Below are positions 10,985 through 20,000 of a stretch of 20,000 nucleotides of DNA, one piece after another. The stretch comes from Paramecium tetraurelia (Eukaryota): NCBI GenBank assembly GCA_000165425.1, contig CT868024.1, positions 242,359 to 262,358 on the forward strand, read 5' to 3'. How positions within the stretch are numbered: the first letter of the stretch is position 1; each line of letters begins with the position of its first letter. The notes beneath the pieces were generated by a model. The model did not search any database, was not told the DNA's origin, and saw only the letters and a list, made by a program, of their open reading frames with translations. The position numbers and the translations under genes are program-made.

Positions 10985-12785
10985 ATGGGATGCAATGAAT
11001 CACGTAAAGAGAATAAGATCTCACTAAATGAAGTGGTGTTGGATAAACTACACAGATTGTTTGATAGATTGCGCACTCGTTATAGAGAGTATAATTAATT
11101 CGTTTTTCTTTAGAACTGCTTCAACAGACTATCTGTGCTAAGAGAGTTTGGAGTTTCTATGTGATGGTAATCCATCTTTGGGAGGAAAACTATATCAGTT
11201 CATGTTGAAGCATTCCACAAACAAGAAAGTGGATTTCGAGAACTTCATCCCCATAGTCGAAATCTTGATTGAAGAACCAAGTTCTTATCATCTCCAAGGA
11301 TACAGATCGCTGGACAAGATGGAGATCTTTTTCCTTATTAGCTTGCAACGACTATCAATAGATGATCCTGAATTCAAAGATTCCAATGTATCCTACTTAG
11401 AGGCACTACAATTTCTCCAAGATGTAGAGTACATTTCTTTGAGATCAGGTTTGGCATTGACTTCAAAATTCACTCCAGATGAATCAGTTGCTCGATCCAT
11501 ATTGAGTGCTGTGTATCCCAACAGTTCTGGAGCTGTGAAATGGTGGAGTCTCGTACTCTTCTTTAAATAGCTATTCCCTCACCTAACAGAATAAGTTAAG
11601 CAATATTTCACCATGCTCTTTTTGAGTGTACAACAATAGAAACTCTAAGCAAGGTATCAAATCCAAATTAAATCAGATTTACTAAACCATCTTATTTACT
11701 CAATAGTCCCCAATACATCTATTTAGCACTTGGAAATGCATACATTAAATCATCAAGTCAAGTCAATTTGTTATGGAGTAATGCTGTCTCAGGATGGAAT
11801 TTCGAGTCTCTCTACAGAGCTCTGTTATCATTTGACGGACCAACCGTATTCCTCTTGAAATTCAGTAATGATTCTGAGGAGTCAATTGTTGGAGCCTTCC
11901 AGAAGAAAAAATGGATTGATTCAGGTTTATATTAAGGCAACGAGGAAAGTTACCTTTTCCAACTGAATCCCAAATACAAAGTGTTTGCAGCCAGTCGTTT
12001 CAAAAGAACATTCCCTAATGAAAGTGATTAAAATACTCAAAATTACTCCTATCTACATTATTTCGGAGAAGGAGTTGGAGATTACAAAGGCTTAAATGAA
12101 GTCGCACCATCCGGAGTTGGTTTTGGAGGTGCCAACAATAAGTTCAGATTGTGGATAGATGCCCAAGATATGCAAAGAAAAAGTTATGTTACTCCAGAAG
12201 ATGAAACCTATAAAAAAGGTATATCTGTAATTGTATCATTCAGGCTCATTGATCAACCCAGTGTTGAAAGAATACAAATTGACCTATGCTGAAATTTGGA
12301 GTGTCGGAAAAGAAGTCGATATTCTGAGCACTCAATTATTAATTGAAAAGGCAAATTATTTAGAATCCCATTATCTGAGATCTTCCATGAGAGTTCAAAA
12401 AGAAATGATTGGATTAATGAAAGGACCATTAAATATGGAAGAAGAATAACAGGCTCGTTTGTCTGGAGTTTCCAAGTCTCATATTAGAACTTCCTCAGCA
12501 GTTCAATAATCAAGGAAAGCCTAGATTCTAGACATGGTTGATCCACAGGCTGTTCAACCTAACTATTAATCTAATCAAAGAAATACTTAAACCTCCTTGG
12601 CCAGAAGCAAGACCTCCAAGAGCTATGTGCCTTAACCAGCTTAAATTCAGGAAGAAGGCGTTGAAGAAACCGGTTTCGGAGCAACTACTTTGTTTAGAGG
12701 CAGTGCTCCCCCAGAATAACCAAGAGAACCCGATGTCGGCTATGGTGCTACATAGCTTATCAGAAGTTCATATCAAAAAGAATGA
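10985..12785 (+). CDS. N-myristoylated TLDc-domain protein with degenerate EF-hand-like N-terminal region (MEAK7/TLDC1-like architecture), 575 aa
   Basis: ATG 10985 (MGCNES), TGA 12783-12785. Introns 11089-11113, 11654-11676 and 12219-12243 give 1728 nt. TLDc motifs: LLWSNAVSGWNFESLYRALLSFDGPTVFLLK, IVGAF..KKW, YQGNEESYLFQLNP, GVGFGG....FRLWID, AEIWSVG. Confidence 0.9.
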
Positions 12786-12836
12786 CATAAAACAAATCAT
12801 ATAAATAAAGATACATAAATATTCACACCTCTTCAT

Positions 12837-14024
12837 TCAATATAACAATGACTAAGAAACTGACTCAGAATCTGAACTATTATGAGATGACCCTGGAGGT
12901 TTATCAACCGGGGGTTTGACCTTATTCATATGGAATATCGATCTTCTCTCTTGTTTTTTGAAGTTCAAAGGAATCTGCTATGATGATTATTGTGTTTTGA
13001 TATATTTAGATGATCTTACCACTTGCTCCTCAGTATGCTTAAAATTCATCTTTATATACTACAGAGACTTTGATCTACATCTGAGCACTTTAAGTTCCTT
13101 CTGCTTTCTTTGGTTGTGTTGTCCCTTTAATTGCTTACTGATTTGTTGAAACATGTTGTTTATTAGTTCATCAGCTGTTTCTTGATTCTGAGGCATGTTT
13201 GTATCTGAATTTCTCCTTCCATTCACTCTCTAATGAATTAATTTCATAGAAGGCATAGAAACCCTAGATTTGTGAGTATTTTGTAAGAACTTTTCAACCT
13301 TCTTATCCAACTTATTCTATTGTTTCCTCTTCATTTCATCTTGAATTTTCTACATCTATTTCTACTTGTTCTCCTCATTCTCTTTATGCAGAATTCTATC
13401 ATAAAGACTATCCCAATATTTAACACCAAATATTCTACTTCTCAATTCCCTTTGCAATCGAAAAGCAGGATAACAAATAAACGGAATTTGCTGTTATATT
13501 TTTCTAAATTATTCTAAACTGATCTTATCTGGTCTCTCAATATCCAACAGCTCTACTGCCTTCATGTAGTTATAATAGAAAATCTTTTTCCCATTTCTCT
13601 TCTAAACTAAAAAATTCATTAAATCCTTTTTTGAAATAAAGTTATCATGATCGCTATCCAACATCTAAAACACATATGCAACCACGCTATCTTTTGTGTA
13701 TAAACAATATAAACTAATAGCTGGTAACCACTCAGAAAAACTTACCTTTTATTCAACTTCCTTTTCAATCAATTAAAACAAATATTCAATATAAGGACTG
13801 ACTACACTATTAAATTCTTCATCTAAGAATTCAAAGAAGTTTTATTAACTGATATACCCTGTTCCCATTGTGTCCATCTTCCGAAATATTTTATGTAAAT
13901 TGGAAACATCTGCTTGTGAAAATAAAAACTTCTTCTAAATATATCCAATTCTTGAGTTCGTTGATATAACTATCTATTCATCTGCTTCTGTTGTAGTAAA
14001 TAACTTTTATGAAACTTATCCCAT
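12837..14024 (-). CDS. N-myristoylated EF-hand protein (calcineurin-B/NCS-like N-terminal domain) with a coiled-coil/basic C-terminal extension, 395 aa, intronless
   Basis: ATG 14024 (MGQVSQK), TGA at 12837-12839, open 1188-nt frame. EF loops FRKMDTMGTGYISQQNF and FQMLDSDHDNFISKKDL, plus degenerate KVSFSEW and DIERPDKISLEQF, followed by YPAFRLQRELRSRIFGVKYW. Confidence 0.9.
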
Positions 14025-14258
14025 TCTTAATATATTTATATTCTAAAATACTTTGAATTATATATTATAAATTATATTATTATTTATTAAAATATATATA
14101 GCTATTCTTAAGTTTAGGAAAATATTAAAATCAAAGTGACTCACTTACCTTTAATAAACATTTGATATTTATTTTTATTAACTCTGGTTATCTATTTTTA
14201 ATCTAAAAATGCCATAAAGCCTGTTAAAATATCACTTTATTATATCTGAAAGTTAAAG

Positions 14259-14519
14259 ATGATTTATAATAACTAGTGCTATGTTAGATTCATAAAAATC
14301 CTGCATAAAATACCTTTAGATATGGTTAAGGATTTCGATTATGAGTAAAGAAAATAGATTAAATACATTTTAATATAAAATCTAATAATTTAGATATAGA
14401 TTAACTCAGAAACATAAGAAGAGAAGAGTAAATTTATTAGAGTTTAATAATAAATTCTTCGACACTTGAGATGGGCTCGAACTTTAAATGATAATTTATA
14501 AGAAATTATTTAAATTTGA
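14259..14519 (+). other. Possible small ORF or gene remnant (86 aa) in the long intergenic region
   Basis: ATG 14259 to TGA 14517-14519 under table 6 (MIYNNQCYVRFIKILHKIPLDMVKDFDYEQRK...LRHLRWARTLNDNLQEIIQI). ORFs this long arise by chance with a single stop codon. Confidence 0.25.
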
Positions 14520-15218
14520 GTAAAGTATTAAATAAATAATATTACTGAAATTTAATAAGTTAAAGACATTTTCTAAATGTCTTAGACAAAATTAAAATAA
14601 TTTAGGATTCCACTTTTAAGTTAAAGACGGAAGACTATACTCAGACATAAAATGATGTCAAACATCAGGTGGGTCATGTTGAATTTATAGCTCTTTTTTC
14701 ATGTTTTTAAATTATCTTTATTATCTAAATATAATTGAAAATTTATTTATTATGGAAACATTAATTGTCATTTTTTCTTTCATTAGATTTATCAAAATAT
14801 TTTTTGGAGGTCTACCGACCTCAAACTTGACATTTACCTTAGTGAATTCAACTTTTAAAATGAAAAGTAATATGATACATCATTTGTATTTAATAAAATA
14901 TCAAAAATATAATCATAGAGCTAAATATCTCTTGTGTTGACATTAATTACTTAATGAATTAAAATTAATATACTCATGTATATATGAATTTAAAGCTAGA
15001 TGTTCTTCAGTTAATGATATTGTTAGATAGAATAAATATATTAACTTCAGTTTGTTATTATCTTATCGATCCAAGTAGATAAAAGTTTCTCAGTAATTTT
15101 AGTCGTCCAATCCAACTTATTATATTGATTTATACATGTATATATACAAAGTATCCATGTTTTATATCCAAAAAATTTATGAATTAAATTTTATCAATCA
15201 ATAATAATTATACCAAGA

Positions 15219-18200
15219 ATGGTTTTGATACTATCGTTGATGATGCTCTTCTAAACTTACGTTTGTTAGTGGACTTATATTGCAAAATATTATTACTAGG
15301 ATATCAAATTTCAGAATCAAACTAATGTAGGAGGCTTCAATATTCCTCAACAATCTAAAAGTGCCTATTACATAGATTGTGACTCTCCATCAACAAGTTA
15401 GATAACTCTTACATCAGAATTACCAAGGCTAATAAGTGAAGATTAATTGAACCTCAATTCTGGAGACTATGTCTCACTTGATTTATTTTTCTCAGGTATT
15501 TGGAATAATGACATTTTTAAAATAATAATAGGGGGTCAAGTTATTTCACTTAATTATACAAAACCTGATTAATATCCAATATCTAGTGGATTTTGTGACA
15601 ATATATAGGCTGATGCTAAGAGTTTAAATTTTAAAATCTAAACCACATAATAAGTTAACCTGGAATTCCAAATATAAAACTCGAATGTTGATGGATAAGT
15701 TTCGATTAAAAATTTGTTTATATCAAGGCTCTTATGCCATCCTTTATGCATTTCCTGTACAGGTTAAGAATCTACTTAATGTACAAGTTGTTATAGCGGA
15801 ACTCCTAATAATAATCGATGCCCTTTGTGCCCATCTAATTAGTCACTGATGCCAGATATTGGTTGCACAGTGATGTGTGACTTTTATTAACGCGAAACTT
15901 ATGAGAAAATTTGTGTATATTTTAAATGTAATTGTATAATTTAACTCTAGCAAGCACTCTCTATTAGGAAACCTTATATCCAAATGAAAAGAGGTATCAA
16001 GTGATTCAAACTAGCCTTATAGGCTTATCATAATATATGCTAGCATCTACTTCATAAGACCATGGAATATTCACTCTGAATTCTGGTACTATTAAGTTTA
16101 TTGATTTATCCTCATTTAATTAAGGATATTTCTTGATAGGATTAAAATTAGTTATATCATTATACGATCCTATTCCTATTGATACTAGAATAGAATTTCA
16201 TATTAATAATACTTACTATGGATCTATTTATTAAACGGATTAAGGAATGTAGCTACACAGAATTTAATTATATAAAACTGAAGACTTAACTTGTGTCAGT
16301 TTATGGACAAATTGCAAAACTATTACGTTATTTATGTTTGTAGATATACCTAATTATTCCTTTGCTTTTAAAGCTATTGGATACTATTAGTAAATATTAC
16401 ATCTCTAATAGAACTTCTGGTGCAGGTTGGAGCATAAAATAGATTGAGGTCTCATCTGGAAAATGTCAGGAAAATTGCTAATATTGCGAATTAGCTTATT
16501 TATGTAAAATTTGTAATGTTGGTTTGTATGTCTCAAGCGATGGTAATTGTGTAAAATGCGAAGAAACTTATTAAATAATAAATGAAGGTTCTTGCATAGA
16601 CTATGGATAAGAAGCTCCATGTATTTATCTATTGATATCTTAGATTCTGGATATTTAATATAAAATGAAAAGTTTGAACTAACAAACGATCCATCCTAAA
16701 CTACAAAATATCTACTTGCTTCAGCAGAGGGATTCAACTTTTTAAAAGGATCAAATATTTGGTATTCGTTTTGGCATGAAAAATTCATTTTTGGGGGATA
16801 GTATGTTTGGAGTCAAGCAAAATTCAAAATAATTCATTAATCACTAAGTCCGCATTATAGTGTTACAATTGGATTTTACATTTTATATGGACCAAATTTC
16901 CCTGAGGATGGCTAATTCATATATACCTTTGAAAACGATCAGCCTATAACTAAATCTGCATAGAGTGCAAATTTATCTTTTGCAGATGCAACTCTGTCTG
17001 AAAGAGTAAAAACTATTCATCCACATTCTTCCGATACGTTAACTTTATATTGGGAATGCAAAGGCAGTAACAATAATATATATGATGCATATTGTGGATT
17101 GTATGGTTATAATGTGGTCGTTCATTATTGTTAACCTTATTGTCTAGAATGTTCAAGTGAAAAAGTTTGCACTAAATGGGATAATTCTGTTGATGCCAAA
17201 TTTCATTCAGTAATAGGTTGTTAACCAAAAACATATTATAATAAACAAGAATAAAAATGCTTACCTTGTCCTAATAGATGCAAAACTTGTACATCTGAAA
17301 TGCATTGTTAATCATGTGAATTAACGTATACTCTTACTAAATCAGGTTGTAAATGTTTAATGACTCAGTATTATGCTGATAATTAATGTTATGAATGCCC
17401 AATAGGATGCAATCAATGTCTCAATAACCAGGCTTGTGTAGAATGTTTGACTGCAAATAATAGAGAGTTAAAAAACGGAAAGTGCGAATGTTTAGATGGA
17501 TATTATTCTATAAGTTCAAATCCAGTTTGTTAAAAATGTCATAGTTAATCAATCTGCTAGTGCCCATCAGGTACTAGTTATGATGCTTCTTCAAAATCAT
17601 GTAAAACTTGTCATTCTTCATGTTAAACTTGCTTTAATTTAACTTAGGATGGTTGCTTAACTTGTGACATAACCAAAAACAAATACTTAAAAGGATTAAA
17701 ATGCGTTTGCCGCGCAGGATATTACGAATAGAATAATATTTGTTTAAGTAATTGATGAATTAATATTATAGGTTGTCCTGAAGTAGAGGATCAGTAAAAA
17801 GTACAATGTTATAAATTTTGTTAAGAAAATTATATGATATGGCATACACAAAATTGTTTAATTTGTAAAAGCGGGTTTTAACTTATTGATGGTGAATGTA
17901 CGCCAATTTGTGGAGACCACATAGTTGTAGGATATGAATAATGTGAGGATGGAAATAATGATATAGATGATTTATGCTTTAATTGCTAATTTTAATGCCC
18001 TAGTGATTGTTAAACTTGCAATTCAAATACTATGTTACCATGTTCTGGTTATTGTGGAGATGGTATTGTTAATGGTACCGAAGAATGTGATGATGGGAAC
18101 TAGATTTAATATGATGGGTGCCATAATTGCAAATTTTAATGTTTCTCGAAATGTACAAATTGTGTCAAAGGTAAATGTACATAATGTGTCACTAAAACAC

Positions 18201-19753
18201 ATAATCACAGCTTTGCAATGTCTTCTGAGAATTGTTTCTTATAGTGTGGAAGTGGGAATGTAATTGTCAGCGATTAATGCATCGATTATAAATCAATTAC
18301 TAATGATGAGTGTTAAATCTGTAGATTTAAATGCAGAAGTAATTGTATTAATTGTGAATAAACTACTGGAAGATGCCTAGACTGCAACGTAGGGTTTAAA
18401 CCTAATTCTTCCTTCTGCGAAAACATTTGTGGTGATATATTAGTAGCTTAAGATTCAACTAACTTTTATACTGAAGCTTGTGACGATGGAAATATTATCA
18501 ACAGGGATCTTTGTAGTAGTTAATGCAAGAGAGAATGTTAAATAGAAGAAGTTTGTACAGACTGCAGAAATACATTATGTTATGCTTGTGGATATGGATA
18601 CTATTTGAATGAAAATCATTATTGTTATTCTATCTGCGGAGATTTAAAAAAAGCAAAAGATGAGGAATGTGACGAAGAAAAGCCTTATAAATGCTTAAAT
18701 TGTTTAGCAAAATGTTAAGAGTCATGTTTGTAATGTTCTACTTAAGGTAAAGGCTGCTTATAATGCAAAGAAGGTTATCGAAATATAGATAATATGTGTG
18801 AGACTATTTGTGGAGATGGTTATGTAACTGCTGACGAATAATGTGATGATGGAAATTTTATATTTGAAGACGGATGCCATCAATGTTTAAAAGTTTGTAC
18901 TATAGGTTGTTCTGCTTGTATTGATGGAAGTTGTACAGATTGCCATGAAGGCTACTAATATTTTAAGTAATAATGCATTAAAATTGATGAGAACTTTCAT
19001 GATCCCAGATGTAATTCTGATTGTTTAGAATGCAGTATCGAAAGGCATGGATGCTTGAAATGCTAATCTGGATATAACAACATTGATAATAGGTGCTATT
19101 CCATTTGTGGAGACTAAAACAAACTTGATATTGAAAAATGTGATGATGGAAATTTTATATTTGAGGATAATTGTCATCAATGTGACTTTAATTGCCCTAT
19201 TTCTTGTTCAAATTGTATTGAAGGTGTTTGCATTCGATGTTATGAAGAATTTTTTCTATATAAAAAAAGATGTTTTTCAAAGATTGAAAATGATCCATTG
19301 GCTAGTCTTACAAATTTTTAATATTCAAATTTAAAAAGTCTGTAATCTTTCTCTTCAACATTGTTTTCATCCTATTAATTTCAAGTAGAAACCCCAGATC
19401 TGAATTAATAAAAATATAATTAGAAGGATTATCATCCAATAGTTGTGTCAGAAATTACGAACTCTATCCGTTTTACAGTTGATTTACAATGCTCTAAAAA
19501 TTAGAAATTAGATATTTAATTCAATACTTTTGAACACACGGAAGGCTTTGATAAGGAGTCATTAATATTCTAAGGTGAATGTCATAACACTTTTTATCAT
19601 TCAATTAGAGTCTCATTTATACTAAACAAAGTTATTACAAAGAATGAAGATGAAATATTGGTAATAATAATAAAAGATAATGAATTAAAATTTGCATTGA
19701 TAAACGGGGATTTTTTACAAAATCTTCTCTCATTTAAATTTGTTAATGTGTGA
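15219..19753 (+). CDS. Secreted/surface cysteine-rich protein, 1480 aa, with furin-like/growth-factor-receptor Cys repeats and Myxococcus-type Cys-rich (DUF4215) repeats
   Basis: Signal peptide MVLILSLMMLFQTYVC at ATG 15219, TGA 19751-19753. Introns 15928-15950, 16390-16411, 16621-16643 and 17748-17771 give 4443 nt. Furin-like repeats (CHPLCISCTG..STQCTSC, CHSSCQTCF....GCLTC) and CGD...E.CDDGN....DGC repeats. Confidence 0.9.
17890..19280 (+). repeat. Array of about 7 Myxococcus Cys-rich (DUF4215 / TIGR02232-type) protein repeats
   Basis: Units begin CGDHIV, CGDGIV, CGSGNV (degenerate), CGDILV, CGDLKK, CGDGYV and CGDQNK. Most are followed by an E.CDDGN-like motif and CxxC pairs. Confidence 0.85.
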
Positions 19754-20000
19754 AATCTTTGCTGCTGATAGTGTATTTATAAATATTATTAAAGTATTAA
19801 ATTATTTATATCTCAAATTTTAACAAATGTTATAGAAATATGATCTTGTATTTTGTTCTTTCGGTTACTCTATAATATGTAATATAGATTTGATTATTCT
19901 CTATATTATATATCAAATAAAAATGCCGAATCTTTGAGGAAAAAACCATAATTTACTTGAATTATTTAATATATTAGGTTATTATATTTTTCAGATATGA

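Noticed and set aside
12538..13517. Track ORFs on + (88, 77 and 65 aa)
   Set aside because: The first is an off-frame overlap of the TLDc tail; the other two are antisense to the EF-hand gene.
14701..14940. Track ORF on + (79 aa)
   Set aside because: Composition (F, I, L, N, K, Y) is what random AT-rich DNA gives; no motif.
15131..15142. 12-bp palindrome TATACATGTATA upstream of the Cys-rich gene
   Set aside because: Low-complexity AT-rich palindrome, plausible by chance.
17890..19280. Horizontal transfer from myxobacteria suggested by the Myxococcus-type repeats, or a CRISPR-like array
   Set aside because: These repeats are common in ciliate proteins, the gene has ciliate code and introns, and the repeats are protein-coding rather than repeat-spacer units.
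17967..19334. Track ORFs on + rich in Val/Met/Ile (98 and 83 aa)
   Set aside because: Shifted-frame readings of the TGT/GAT-rich Cys repeats.
1..20000. Germline (micronuclear) origin, transposons, telomeric repeats or selenocysteine TGA use
   Set aside because: Nine of ten genes are intact without removing any TA-bounded segment. I saw no transposase or G3-4T2-3 repeats, and the one internal TGA (3853-3855) has no redox motif or evident SECIS.

Overview
This is AT-rich ciliate DNA, most consistent with a Paramecium macronuclear chromosome. TAA/TAG read as Gln (translation table 6), TGA is the only stop, introns are 22-29 nt, and intergenic gaps are very short. The supplied ORF track treats TAA/TAG as stops, so it fragments real genes or reports antisense shadows. 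Manual retranslation gives 10 genes in order: a partial 3' end (+), an N-terminally MCC-tagged pseudokinase (-), a two-cNMP-binding-domain protein with a defective splice acceptor (-), a ~940 aa coiled-coil protein (+), a Lys/Ser-rich protein (+), an intronless Cid1-family terminal uridylyltransferase (+), a type I membrane protein (-), a myristoylated EF-hand-like/TLDc protein (+), a myristoylated EF-hand protein (-), and a 1480 aa secreted Cys-rich furin-like/DUF4215-repeat protein (+). The most notable points are a minimal TUTase with the U-selective His whose stop lies 30 bp from a convergent gene, two divergent start codons only 10 bp apart, a GT-TG intron or pseudogenising lesion, and a TA-containing in-frame deletion in a Cys repeat. 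No rRNA, tRNA, CRISPR, transposase or telomeric repeat was seen, and I cannot support a claim of a new multi-gene system.
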